A stretch of 64,000 nucleotides of DNA from Limisphaerales bacterium (GCA_003134375.1 PLAY01000065.1:158-64157); one strand, 5' to 3'. Numbered from the stretch's first letter, positions 7,877-23,209 are shown. Made by a program: numbers and translations. The notes: generated by a model not told the origin, from the sequence alone.

Positions 7877-8884
7877 TTGGCTATGAAATTACAGCGCATT
7901 TTTGTTTGCGGAGTCGCGGGCATCGTTCTTGCCGGCGGAAGACTTCTGGCAGCGGACGGCAACCCCACCAACGCGGCGGCGGCCACTGCGGCGGTTTATG
8001 TGCCGGACACCTCGCATCAAAACGACCCGTTGCCCGATGGCGTGCTGGCTTGGAACAGCCTGACGCAGGATGCCACGGTGGCGGCGGATGCCGGCAATGC
8101 CCATTTTGTTTTCAGCTTCACCAACATCGCAACGGTTCATGAAACCGCCTTGGTCACCAACGTCACGACCGTCACCAACATCACGGCGGTCACCAATTCG
8201 TTTTTTTTCTGGTTCAAAAAAATTTCCTCCGTCACCAACTTTTCCACGGCCACCAGCATCACGACGAACAACGTTACCAAGCCGGTTCCCGTGGCCTTTC
8301 TGGAGGTTCATCCCGGGTGTCAATGCACCACCACAGAGTTGCCGCCGTTGCCTTGGATCATTCCGGCCGGCACAAACGCGCAGTTTGGCGTCGCGGTCAA
8401 CCTGGCGGGAAGAACCGGAATGCAGGTCAAGACGGTCAATGTCAAGACCGACAAGGGTTTCAAACAACTCATCCTCAAAATCAACATTCTGCCGCCGGTG
8501 GTTCCAACCCAGTCCGATGCCGACCGCGCGCACGCCCTGGAAATGGCCAAAGCCGACCGGCAGACGGTTTTTCAAGGTGATTGCGCAACCTGCCACGTCA
8601 AACCCGGCACGGGCAAATACGGCAAGCCGCTTTCCGACGCCGTCTGTGCCATCTGTCACGAATCCAAAACGCGCGCCAGCATGGTGCCGGATTTGCACAA
8701 CATCAAAACCCCGACCAATGTGGATTTCTGGCAAACCTGGATTGCGCATGGCAAGGCCGGCTCCCTCATGCCCGCGTTTTCCACCGCCGATGGCGGTCCG
8801 CTCTCGGATATGCAAATCGCCTCCCTCGCCGGTTATCTGAACATGGCAATCCCATCGCAAACCGCGCCGCCGCCGGCCCAATGA
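7877..8884 (+). CDS. secreted DUF1573-like domain protein fused to a c-type cytochrome domain
   Basis: Signal peptide. FVFSFTN ... HPGCQCTT ... resembles the DUF1573 F.F.N...SCGCT core. The C-terminus has two CxxCH motifs (CATCH, CAICH) and SLMPAF. The DUF1573 core is interrupted by a ~60-aa VTN-rich segment. Confidence 0.6.
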   Translation: MAMKLQRIFVCGVAGIVLAGGRLLAADGNPTNAAAATAAVYVPDTSHQNDPLPDGVLAWNSLTQDATVAADAGNAHFVFSFTNIATVHETALVTNVTTVTNITAVTNSFFFWFKKISSVTNFSTATSITTNNVTKPVPVAFLEVHPGCQCTTTELPPLPWIIPAGTNAQFGVAVNLAGRTGMQVKTVNVKTDKGFKQLILKINILPPVVPTQSDADRAHALEMAKADRQTVFQGDCATCHVKPGTGKYGKPLSDAVCAICHESKTRASMVPDLHNIKTPTNVDFWQTWIAHGKAGSLMPAFSTADGGPLSDMQIASLAGYLNMAIPSQTAPPPAQ

Positions 8885-8914
8885 TGTCCGCTTGCGGAAT
8901 TTGATCCACGCGAT

Positions 8915-10012
8915 ATGCTGTCAACCATGACAGCATACATGCTTGACGCAAACATCCCGACCCGCATTGCGGAGCTGGGACAACGGGTTTTGAACGGCGG
9001 CCACATCACACGCGATGAGGCATTGTGGCTGTTTGACATCGAAAGAACGGGGGATATTTTCGATTTGCTGTCGTGGGCGAACCGCATCCGGGGAAAATTC
9101 AAGGGCAACAAAATCCACCTCTGCTCCATCGTCAACGCCAAGGCGGGCGCGTGCCCGGAAAATTGCAGTTTTTGCGCGCAATCGTCGCATTACCAGACCG
9201 GCTCGCCCAAATATGGCTTTGTGGATCCCGAACCCGTGGCCGAAGCCGCCGAGGAAGCGAACCGTAACAACGTGACGGCCGTCGGGATCGTCGCCGCTTG
9301 GAAAGGTCTCAATGAAGGCCCAATGCTCGATGAGGTTTGCGCCCGGGTGCGCGAGCTGAAAGCCGGCGGCAAGACCCGACCGGACGTTTCGCTCGGCATC
9401 ATCAAAAGCCGGCGCGTGGCCGACCGGCTCAAGGAAGCCGGCGTCGAGTGCTACGGCCACAACCTCGAAAGTTCGCGCCGCTTTTTTCCGCAGACCTGCA
9501 CCACGCACACCTACGACGAACGCCTGGAAACCATCAGCCATTTGAAAAAGGCCGGCATCAAGATTTGTTCCGGCGGCATCATCGGCATGGGCGAAACCCG
9601 CGAAGACCGCTGCGACCTCGCGTTTGAATTGAAAGCCATCGGCGCGAACGTCGTACCGGTAAACATCCTCAATCCGATTCCCGGCACACCATTTGAAAAA
9701 AACGATCCCCTGCCCGTCCTGGAAATCTTGAAAACCATTGCCTGCTTCCGTTTCATTTTGCCGCGGCAGGAAATCTTGATCGCCGGCGGACGCACGGTGA
9801 ACCTGCGCGACGCGCAGAGCATGGTTTTCATGGCCGGCGCGAGCGCGCTCATGGTCGGCAATTATCTCACCACGCTCAACCAACCCGTCGAGAAAGACCT
9901 GCAAATGCTCAAGGACCTCGGCCTCGACCCGAGCTGGGACAGCCATGGTTTCAGCGACCAGGAAGCGTGTGATTGCAGACAGGAGACCGAAGCGGCTTGT
10001 ACAATTTCTTGA
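8915..10012 (+). CDS. bioB: biotin synthase
   Basis: Radical-SAM motif GACPENCSFCAQS, plus CYGHNLESS, ICSGGIIGMGE and NPIPGTPFE. Confidence 0.93.
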   Translation: MLSTMTAYMLDANIPTRIAELGQRVLNGGHITRDEALWLFDIERTGDIFDLLSWANRIRGKFKGNKIHLCSIVNAKAGACPENCSFCAQSSHYQTGSPKYGFVDPEPVAEAAEEANRNNVTAVGIVAAWKGLNEGPMLDEVCARVRELKAGGKTRPDVSLGIIKSRRVADRLKEAGVECYGHNLESSRRFFPQTCTTHTYDERLETISHLKKAGIKICSGGIIGMGETREDRCDLAFELKAIGANVVPVNILNPIPGTPFEKNDPLPVLEILKTIACFRFILPRQEILIAGGRTVNLRDAQSMVFMAGASALMVGNYLTTLNQPVEKDLQMLKDLGLDPSWDSHGFSDQEACDCRQETEAACTIS

Positions 10013-10023
10013 TGGTCGGATGA

Positions 10024-10097
10024 ATTTACGATTTGCGATTTACGATTGACGCGATTTTGGTGTTTGACTCGTAATTCGTATATCGTAAATCGTAAAT
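10024..10097. repeat. 74-bp hairpin repeat (ATTTACGAT / ATCGTAAAT family), intergenic copy
   Basis: ATTTACGATTTGCGATTTACGATTGACGCG ... CGTAATTCGTATATCGTAAATCGTAAAT. Same termini as the in-frame hom copy. Confidence 0.8.
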
Positions 10098-10098
10098 T

Positions 10099-10902
10099 AT
10101 GGAAAGGCTCGGCAAAAATCACGGCGGCTATCACGGCGAGGCGATTGACATCCGCGCCGTCCTGCGCGACATCGAAACCGCCGCGCAACAACACGGCTGG
10201 GCATTCGAGCCGTTTGGGAAGCAGGGCGAATTCAACCTGCCCGCCCTCCATCGGCCCTCAACCCTCAACTCCTTGGCGCGGCGAAACGAAGTGGAGACGG
10301 CTCAACCCTCAACCAGGATTTACCTAAGCACCGGCATTCATGGCGACGAACCGGCCGGGCCGCTCGCTGCGTTGCGCCTGCTCCAGGAAAACCAATGGCC
10401 GGCGAACGCCGAACTGTGGTTTTGCCCGTGCCTGAATCCGATGGGTTTCGTTTTGAACCGGCGAGAGAACGACCAGGGCATTGACCTCAACCGGCAATAC
10501 CGGCACCTGGAGGCGGCGGAGACGCGCACACACATTGCCTGGCTGGAGCGCCAGCCGCAGTTCGACCTCTGCCTCTGCCTGCACGAAGACTGGGAATCGC
10601 ACGGCTTTTACATTTACGAATTGAATCCGGAAAAGCGGCCATCGCTGGCCGAAAACATGATTGCGCGCATCGCAGAAGTCTGCCCGATTGACCCATCTGA
10701 AATCATCGAGGACCGCCCGGCGCGGAACGGCATCATCCGTCCGAACCTCGACCCTGCCACGCGACCGCAATGGGCTGAGGCATTTTACCTGATCGTGAAC
10801 AAGACAAGATTGTCCTACACCCTCGAAGCGCCGTCGGATTTTCCGTTGACCACCCGCGTCAACGCACTCGTCGCCGGCGTGAACGCCGCGCTGGCAACGT
10901 AG
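10099..10902 (+). CDS. M14 / succinylglutamate desuccinylase-aspartoacylase-like zinc hydrolase
   Basis: LSTGIHGDEPAGP (HxxE zinc motif) and a downstream LCLHEDWES. About 267 aa. Contains the repeat-derived segment STLNSLARRNEVETAQPST. Confidence 0.6.
   Translation: MERLGKNHGGYHGEAIDIRAVLRDIETAAQQHGWAFEPFGKQGEFNLPALHRPSTLNSLARRNEVETAQPSTRIYLSTGIHGDEPAGPLAALRLLQENQWPANAELWFCPCLNPMGFVLNRRENDQGIDLNRQYRHLEAAETRTHIAWLERQPQFDLCLCLHEDWESHGFYIYELNPEKRPSLAENMIARIAEVCPIDPSEIIEDRPARNGIIRPNLDPATRPQWAEAFYLIVNKTRLSYTLEAPSDFPLTTRVNALVAGVNAALAT
10257..10314 (+). repeat. CTCAACyCTCAAC-flanked ~58-bp element, in frame in the M14-like gene
   Basis: CTCAACCCTCAACTCCTTGGCGCGGCGAAACGAAGTGGAGACGGCTCAACCCTCAACC. 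About 50/58 nt match the copy at 26978-27035 (reverse strand). Confidence 0.7.
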
Positions 10903-10923
10903 GACAGGCATCCTGCCTGTCTC
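10899..10923. terminator. GTAGGACAGGC-type hairpin unit between convergent genes (possible bidirectional terminator)
   Basis: GTAGGACAGGCATCCTGCCTGTCTC has the stem GACAGGC/GCCTGTC. The TAG stop of the M14-like gene (10900-10902) lies inside the unit. The same unit occurs twice in gcvP. There is no T-run, so terminator function is uncertain. Confidence 0.4.
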
Positions 10924-10938
10924 GCATCCGTTTCAAAC

Positions 10939-11376
10939 CTATTCCGCGTCCCTTTGTTTCATCCAAACCTTGCCGAGTTCGACGAGCGTTTCCTTTTTCA
11001 TCACTTTCTCGGCCAGCGGGAAAACAATCCGTTCCTCGCGGTCGAAGTGTTTGCGCGATGCGGTCACGGCCCGCAGCAGCAACTGTTGCGCTTCGGGCAG
11101 CCGCTTGGCGGTCTTCACCCGCAACAGGCTGTCGTCAATTTCCCGGTGTTCGTGTTCAAAACTGTCGCGCTGGCCAAGTTGTTCCAAATAATGATTCAGG
11201 GGAGCGAATACCAAATCTTCCTCAGCCTTGCCGTGGGCGAGCAACAGGTTTTCCATCAGTTCCGCCCAGCCCACCACCTCGGCCAGCGTTTTCAGTTTCG
11301 GCAGGACGTGTTCGATGTGGTCAAAAATGTTGTGGAACACGACGTGTTCCGCCAAAAGCGCTTCGGTGATCTTCAT
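10939..11376 (-). CDS. hemerythrin (HHE cation-binding) domain protein
   Basis: Start at MKITEALLAEHVVFHNIFDHIE (ATG 11376). His/Glu-rich helices (EHEHREID, LLAHGKAEED) are typical of hemerythrin-like proteins. Confidence 0.65.
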   Translation of the reverse strand: MKITEALLAEHVVFHNIFDHIEHVLPKLKTLAEVVGWAELMENLLLAHGKAEEDLVFAPLNHYLEQLGQRDSFEHEHREIDDSLLRVKTAKRLPEAQQLLLRAVTASRKHFDREERIVFPLAEKVMKKETLVELGKVWMKQRDAE

Positions 11377-11455
11377 GGTCAAAGTCCGTTTAACTTTATC
11401 CCATTTATCAATAGCGCGATACGGCAAATTCCGCCAGACGTTTCTTAGCTTTTTT

Positions 11456-11559
11456 CAACCACACATGAACACGGATGCGGTGGAGCGAATGTTTCTGTGT
11501 CGTGCATCGCATTCCGACTGCTCTCACTCCAATCCGTGTCTATCCGTGTCCATCCGTGG

Positions 11560-11563
<4 letters not shown>
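11456..11563. repeat. TTAA-ended inverted-repeat element (CCACGRAT family), short copy E2
   Basis: Left arm TCAACCACACATGAACACGGATG. Right arm AATCCGTGTCTATCCGTGTCCATCCGTGGTTAA. The terminal TTAA (11560-11563) contains the gcvP stop codon. Confidence 0.7.
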
Positions 11564-14667
<3,104 letters not shown>

Positions 14668-14916
14668 TCGGGGAAATTACGGTTCACATCCGAAAAAAGC
14701 GAGTTGGAATTCCTTGCGCATGCAGAAAATACAGTGACGCAATAAGTCCACCGATGATTGCCAAACTGCTAAAACAATTCCAGGGTAAAACGATGGCAAA
14801 ATCCAGCGCCATTTTCCCATAAAATCAGCAGTGGTCGCGGGTTGGTGACGCCCCAATATGCGGCATAAGGCGGTCGGCATAACCACAATTCATAGTGTTT
14901 TTGGGCGTTTTTTTGA

Positions 14917-17538
<2,622 letters not shown>

Positions 17539-17560
17539 TTTTCGTTCTACAGGAATTTTT

Positions 17561-20227
17561 ATGGCTGAATCCAAACCATCGAATGATTTGCCGGTAATTA
17601 ACACGCCGCTGTTCGCCTCCGGAGAAAAAATTGCCAAGGTCAACGTCGCCGAGGAAATCAAGAACTCGTTTCTGGATTACTCGATGTCCGTGATCATTTC
17701 CCGCGCGCTGCCCGATGTGCGCGACGGCCTCAAACCTTCGCAACGCCGCATTCTTTTCGCCATGAATGAACTCGGCGTCATGCCGAACCGCAAGCACATC
17801 AAGTGCGCCAAAATCGTCGGCGAAACGATGGGCAATTACCATCCGCACGGCGACCAGGCGATTTACCCGACGCTCGTCCACATGGCGCAGCCGTGGGCCA
17901 TGCGCGAACGGCTGGTGGACGGCCAGGGCAACTTCGGTTCCGTCGAAGGTGATCCGCCGGCGTCCATGCGGTACACCGAGGCGCGGCTGGCGCATCTCGG
18001 CGCGGTGCTGATGGAGGACATGGACCAGGACACGGTGGATTTCGTTCCCAACTACGACGAGACCCGCACCGAGCCGACCGTTTTCCCCGCCGCCTTTCCC
18101 AATTTGCTCGTCAACGGCGGCACGGGCATCGCCGTCGGCATGGCCACGAACATGGCGCCGCACAATCTGGGCGAAATCATTGACGGCGTCTGCGCGCAGA
18201 TTGACGACCCGAACATCACGGTCAAGGGTTTGATGAAATTCATCAAAGGCCCGGACTTCCCGACCGGCTGCATGGTGTGCGGGCTGGAAGTCATCAAGGA
18301 ATACTTCACGACGGGCCGCGGCAGCATCAAGGTCCGCGGCAAGGTCGGCGTCGAACAGCTCAAGGGCGGCAAGGAACAAATCGTCATCACGGAAATTCCT
18401 TACAACGTCAACCGCGCGGTGCTCGTCGAGCGCGTCGCCGAATTGGTGAACGAAAAAACGCCGGGCTTCACCGACATCACGGCCATTCGCGATGAATCGG
18501 ATGAAAACACCCGCGTGGTCGTCGAACTCAAGCGCGACGCCATCGCCAAGGTCGTCATCAACAATCTTTACAAGCAGACCGCGCTGGAATCGAGCTTTGC
18601 CGTCAACATGCTGGCCATTGACCATGGCCGGCCCAAGACGCTCGGACTGAAGGAACTCATCAATTGCTACATCGAGCACCGCCGCGAGGTCGTGTTGCGC
18701 CGCACACGGTTCCAATTGAAGAAGGCCGAGGAACGCGCGGAAATTCTTGAAGGTTATCTCATCGCGCTGGCCAACCTCGACGATTTCATCAAAATCATCC
18801 GCGGCAGCAAGACCCGCGAGGAAGCCCGGGTCAAGCTGCTCGCCTTTGAGTGGACGCAAAAGCAGGTCGAGCGCTGGAGCATTTTGATTCGCAACGAGTC
18901 ACGCCTGACCAAGGGCCGTTACGCGCTGACCGAACGGCAGGTGGACGCCATTCTGGAATTGCGCCTGTATCAATTGACCGGTCTGGAAATTGACAAGGTC
19001 GAAGGCGAATACAAGGAACTGCTCAAGCGCATCGAGGATTTGATGGACATTCTCGCGAAGGAAGCCCGCGTGTTCACCATCATCAAGGCCGAGTTGAAGA
19101 CGATCAAAGAGAAATACGCCACCCCGCGCCTGACCGACCTCAAGCCCGACGAAGGCGAGATCAACATCGAAGACCTCATCGCCAACGAAGGCGTCATCAT
19201 CACGCTCACGCACAACGGCCTCCTCAAGCGCACGAACGTCAGTTCCTATCGCGCCCAGCGCCGCGGCGGCAAAGGCGTCATCGGCATGACGACAAAAGAG
19301 GGCGTGACGGATGAGGACAATGATTTCATCGAGCATTTGTTCACGGCCAGCACGCACGATTACCTCATGTTCTTCACGAACACCGGCCGCGTTTATGTCG
19401 AGCGGGTGCATGAAATTCCCGACATGGGCCGCGCCGCCAAGGGCCGGAGCATCGCCAATTTGCTCGAATTGAAGGCGGGCGAGACCATCGCCGCGCTCAT
19501 CCGCGTTCTTTCCAGGACCAATGCGAACAAGGAGGACATCACGTGGGAACAGCCCGGCGAACTGTTCTTTGCCACGAAACAGGGCACGGTGAAGAAAACT
19601 TCGCTCAACGAATTCACCAACGTGCGCAAAGGCGGCATCATCGCCATCACCATCGAACCGGGCGACACGTTGATTGACGTAAAACTTACTCGCGGGAGCA
19701 TTATTGAAAAAGATGAGGTTAAAGATCCCGGTGACGGCGTCGTGCTGATTACCCGGGATGGCATGAGCATCCATTTTAACGAATCGGATGTTCGTTCCAT
19801 GGGCCGGTCAGCCGCCGGCGTGCGTGGCATCAATTTGTCGAAAGGCGACGAGGTGGTCGCGCTGGCCATTGTCGTGCCGGACGCCAAACTGCTGGTCGCC
19901 GGTGAAAACGGCATCGGCAAACGCACCGACTTCGAGGAATACCGGGCTCAATCGCGCGGCGGCAAGGGCATCATTACCATGAAGACCAACGAGAAAACCG
20001 GTGCGGTCGTCGGCGCGCTGACCGTGCGCGACGCGGATGAAATCATGCTCATCACCGTCAAAGGCCAGATGGTGCGCACCTGCGTGAAGGATATTCGTGA
20101 AGCCGGACGCAACACCCAGGGCGTCAAACTCATTGAGTTGGATTCCGGCGACAAACTTCAAGCCATCGCGTCCGTCATTGGTGAGGACAAGGAAGATTCC
20201 GCCGCCGGAGACGAGCCGGCGAAATAA
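17561..20227 (+). CDS. gyrA: DNA gyrase subunit A
   Basis: DGLKPSQRRILFAM, GNYHPHGDQAIY, the active-site region MRYTEARL, and C-terminal beta-pinwheel repeats. Confidence 0.97.
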   Translation: MAESKPSNDLPVINTPLFASGEKIAKVNVAEEIKNSFLDYSMSVIISRALPDVRDGLKPSQRRILFAMNELGVMPNRKHIKCAKIVGETMGNYHPHGDQAIYPTLVHMAQPWAMRERLVDGQGNFGSVEGDPPASMRYTEARLAHLGAVLMEDMDQDTVDFVPNYDETRTEPTVFPAAFPNLLVNGGTGIAVGMATNMAPHNLGEIIDGVCAQIDDPNITVKGLMKFIKGPDFPTGCMVCGLEVIKEYFTTGRGSIKVRGKVGVEQLKGGKEQIVITEIPYNVNRAVLVERVAELVNEKTPGFTDITAIRDESDENTRVVVELKRDAIAKVVINNLYKQTALESSFAVNMLAIDHGRPKTLGLKELINCYIEHRREVVLRRTRFQLKKAEERAEILEGYLIALANLDDFIKIIRGSKTREEARVKLLAFEWTQKQVERWSILIRNESRLTKGRYALTERQVDAILELRLYQLTGLEIDKVEGEYKELLKRIEDLMDILAKEARVFTIIKAELKTIKEKYATPRLTDLKPDEGEINIEDLIANEGVIITLTHNGLLKRTNVSSYRAQRRGGKGVIGMTTKEGVTDEDNDFIEHLFTASTHDYLMFFTNTGRVYVERVHEIPDMGRAAKGRSIANLLELKAGETIAALIRVLSRTNANKEDITWEQPGELFFATKQGTVKKTSLNEFTNVRKGGIIAITIEPGDTLIDVKLTRGSIIEKDEVKDPGDGVVLITRDGMSIHFNESDVRSMGRSAAGVRGINLSKGDEVVALAIVVPDAKLLVAGENGIGKRTDFEEYRAQSRGGKGIITMKTNEKTGAVVGALTVRDADEIMLITVKGQMVRTCVKDIREAGRNTQGVKLIELDSGDKLQAIASVIGEDKEDSAAGDEPAK

Positions 20228-20303
20228 TTTTCAAACGTCCCTCGCCAGTCGGGCTATCTGCTGTATCAGGTTCCCCAGACCCGATGGTGGACGTAAAAGA
20301 ATC

Positions 20304-21047
20304 ATGAAAAGACGCATCTTCGCCGTATTTGTTCTGGCAGTTTTGGCCGTGTCCGGTCACGCAGCGGACACCAATCAGACCGTCGCAATCTCAACCAACA
20401 AACCGGCTTGGGAAAGCAGTGTCTTGGCGGGTCTTTCGCTCACCAAGGGAAACAGCGACACGCTGTTGACCACCGCTGCTTTTAAAACCCGCATAAAAAC
20501 ACCGGTCAACGAGTTCATGTTTGGTGTGGATGGCTCGTATGGTGAAAATGATTCCGTTAAAAACAATGAAACGCTGCACGGAGTCAGCCAATACAATCAT
20601 CTGTTCGGCAAACGCTTTTATGGCTTCTTCAATTTGGAGGGGCTGCACGATGGCATCGCTGATCTGCAATATCGTTTCACGCTCAGTCCCGGCGCCGGTT
20701 ATTATTTTATCCAGGAAACCAATACAACGCTGGCCGGCGAAGCCGGGCCGGGCCTGATCTTCCAACGACTCGGCGGCGTGGACACCACTTACGCGTCACT
20801 GCGCCTGGCGGAACGGTTTGAACACAAGTTCCATGACAATGCGCGCGTCTGGCAAAAAGTGGAATTCCTCCCGCAGGTAAACAAACCTGACAACTTCCTG
20901 GTGAACGCCGAAATCGGGGCGGAAGCCGCGCTCACCAAAACCTTCAGCCTCCAGGCCGTTTTGCAGGACAACTTTGTCAATCAACCAGCGCCCGGACGCA
21001 AGGATAATGATGTGAAGCTCATCAGCAGTCTGGTTTACAAGTTCTAG
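20304..21047 (+). CDS. DUF481-like outer-membrane beta-barrel protein
   Basis: Start at ATG 20304 (MKRRIFAVFVLAVLAVSGHA signal peptide). GLSLTKGNSDT and alternating beta-strand pattern. Ends in aromatic YKF. Confidence 0.6.
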   Translation: MKRRIFAVFVLAVLAVSGHAADTNQTVAISTNKPAWESSVLAGLSLTKGNSDTLLTTAAFKTRIKTPVNEFMFGVDGSYGENDSVKNNETLHGVSQYNHLFGKRFYGFFNLEGLHDGIADLQYRFTLSPGAGYYFIQETNTTLAGEAGPGLIFQRLGGVDTTYASLRLAERFEHKFHDNARVWQKVEFLPQVNKPDNFLVNAEIGAEAALTKTFSLQAVLQDNFVNQPAPGRKDNDVKLISSLVYKF

Positions 21048-21173
21048 TGCCGGTTTCACAACGCCGGCGGATCCAGCATCAGGAATTGGTTTGACAAAGG
21101 ATTGGTTAAGACCAACTTTTTGTTTGACTGAAACTTTTTTTATAAAACCGCGTCCGGAAAATATTCATTTCTT

Positions 21174-22493
21174 ATGTCCAGGCTCGTTGCCATCAACCCC
21201 GGATTGACCGGATTGTCATATGAACTGGGAACGCGCTGGGTCACGATTGGGCGCAGCGACAAGAATGCGTTTCAAATCGTTGAACCATCGGTTTCCAGCC
21301 AGCATTGCGAAGTGTTGCTGCGCGGCAACGAACTCGTCGTTCGCGACCTGCGCTCAACCAATGGCACGTTCATCGAAGACAAGACCATCACCGAGGCTGT
21401 CCTACAGCCCGGGCAAACCTTGCGCCTGGGCGAGGTGGAATTGCGTCTCGAAATCACCGCGCCAGACCCCGACGCGCCGGCTCCCGCAACCGCGCCGGTC
21501 CCGGTAAAAAAGCCTGAAGCCGCCGGGGGCACCCAAAAACAATATCGCGTGCTTTTCGTGGATGACAGCATGGCCTTCCTCGAAATGATCACCGATTTGT
21601 TTGGTGCCCGGGAGAATATAACCTGGGAAATCCTTACGGCCACCTCCCCGGACAAAGCGCTGGCCATCCTGCAACAAAAGCTGATTGACCTGGTCGTGCT
21701 GGACATCGGCATGCCGCTGCTGGACGGCATCCAATTGCTTGGCCTCATCCACCAGCGATATCCCAACATCAAAAAAGTTGTTCTGACCGGGGAAAGCGAT
21801 GACCGCCACCGCGCCGCCTGCCTGGCCAACGGAGCGGAACTTTTCCTCTTAAAACCGGGCGACGATGACGGGTGGCGGCTCATTTTCAACCTGCTGACCA
21901 GCCTCCTGCGGTGGGAGGACAGCGATGATTTTGTCAGCACCCTGAGCGAAAATGGATTGTACAATGTCATCCAGCTGGAATGCGTGGGCGGCAACTCCTC
22001 GCTCCTGGAAGTCCGGAACCGGCAGACCGCCGGCGAGATTTACATTGAAGGTGGCGCCATTGTTCATGCCTCGGCTGGAAAGCTGGTCGGAGAAAAGGCC
22101 TTCCACCAATTGCTGTCTTTGACCGACGGTGAATTTCGCCTGGTGCCATTCCGGGCGCCCCCCGCACGCACCGTGCAACGCCAGTGGGAATTGCTGCTCG
22201 CAGCCACCCGCGCGCAGGATGAAGAAAATTATTCAGCCGACGATGACGGGACCATCCTGATCACAAAAAAAAGGCCGCCCGCTCAGCCGCCGCCGTCCGC
22301 CCCGCCCGTGCCCACACCCGAGGCAAAAGAACCGCCGACCAAACCAATCCCGGACGAACCGCTTAAACCCGAGGTTGCGCCTTCCACATCGGGCATGAAT
22401 ATTATCACGTTGGAAGAAATGGTGAAGGCGGATACCACCTTGATTTACAAGCCGGACAGTGAAGGGCATCCGCCTGCCGGTCCAAAGAAATGA
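21174..22493 (+). CDS. FHA + receiver + DUF4388 (PATAN-like) multidomain signalling protein with Pro-rich tail
   Basis: FHA: WVTIGRSDKNAFQI...SSQHCEV...LVVRDLRSTNGTFI. REC: YRVLFVDDS...DLVVLDIGMPLLDG...KVVLTG. DUF4388-like: LYNVIQLECVGGNSSLLEV....GEIYIEGGAIVHA.....GEKAFHQLL.L.DGEF. Confidence 0.7.
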   Translation: MSRLVAINPGLTGLSYELGTRWVTIGRSDKNAFQIVEPSVSSQHCEVLLRGNELVVRDLRSTNGTFIEDKTITEAVLQPGQTLRLGEVELRLEITAPDPDAPAPATAPVPVKKPEAAGGTQKQYRVLFVDDSMAFLEMITDLFGARENITWEILTATSPDKALAILQQKLIDLVVLDIGMPLLDGIQLLGLIHQRYPNIKKVVLTGESDDRHRAACLANGAELFLLKPGDDDGWRLIFNLLTSLLRWEDSDDFVSTLSENGLYNVIQLECVGGNSSLLEVRNRQTAGEIYIEGGAIVHASAGKLVGEKAFHQLLSLTDGEFRLVPFRAPPARTVQRQWELLLAATRAQDEENYSADDDGTILITKKRPPAQPPPSAPPVPTPEAKEPPTKPIPDEPLKPEVAPSTSGMNIITLEEMVKADTTLIYKPDSEGHPPAGPKK

Positions 22494-22513
22494 CCGGTCG
22501 CCCGCTTTCCGGT

Positions 22514-23209
22514 TCATGGCGCGAGCCGTTCCAGCTTCCATGAATTGTCCGGCTGCCGGGTGTAACAAAAACGGTCGTGCAGCCGGTTCAACCGGCCCTG
22601 CCAGAATTCGATCCGCTCCGGCTTCAGCACGTAGCCGCCCCAATACGGCGGCAGTGGCACGTCGCCGGGAAATTTCGCCGCCATTTCATTCCACCGCTTG
22701 TCCAGCGCCGCCCGGTCGGCAACCACGCTGCTTTGGTTCGACGCCCATACCGCGAGGCGACTGCCCTTGGGGCGGGACTTGTGATACGCCTCCGACTCCG
22801 CCTGCGGCAATTTGCCGACTGTACCCGCCACGCAGACCTGCCGTACCAGATCCGGCCAGAAAAACGTCAGCGCGGCGTTGGGATTTTCCGCCAGTTCATG
22901 GCCTTTGCGGCTGTCGTAATTCGTGAAAAAAATGAAGCCGCGCTCGTCCGCACCCTTGAGCAGCACCGCGCGCGCGGAAGGCCGGCCGGCCTTGTCCACT
23001 GTGGCGAGCACCATCGCGTTCACATCCACCGGCGTGTGACCGAGAACGGCAGGCCAGAGTTTGTAGAGCGCAATCCCGATTTTTCGCCAGCGACTGCCCG
23101 ATGCCGCCTGCGCAAACCATTGATTGAACTGTGCCAGCGGATTCGCGGCCAAGTCTGCCCGCCGCAGTTCCTCCTGCACATATTCCCGCCGGATGTCTGC
23201 CATCGCCAT
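22514..23209 (-). CDS. pdxH: pyridoxamine 5'-phosphate oxidase
   Basis: NAMVLATVDKAGRPSARAVLLKG.DERGFIFFTNY.SRKG, and C-terminal IEFWQGRLNRLHDRF. Confidence 0.9.
   Translation of the reverse strand: MAMADIRREYVQEELRRADLAANPLAQFNQWFAQAASGSRWRKIGIALYKLWPAVLGHTPVDVNAMVLATVDKAGRPSARAVLLKGADERGFIFFTNYDSRKGHELAENPNAALTFFWPDLVRQVCVAGTVGKLPQAESEAYHKSRPKGSRLAVWASNQSSVVADRAALDKRWNEMAAKFPGDVPLPPYWGGYVLKPERIEFWQGRLNRLHDRFCYTRQPDNSWKLERLAP

Noticed and set aside
22950-23110. An apparent ~20-aa extra segment in PdxH (SGSRWRKIGIALYKLWPAVLGHTPVDV) relative to my memory of the E. coli enzyme.
   Set aside because: The DNA has no palindrome or repeat signature. It may be ordinary lineage-specific loop variation, and an alignment is needed to judge.
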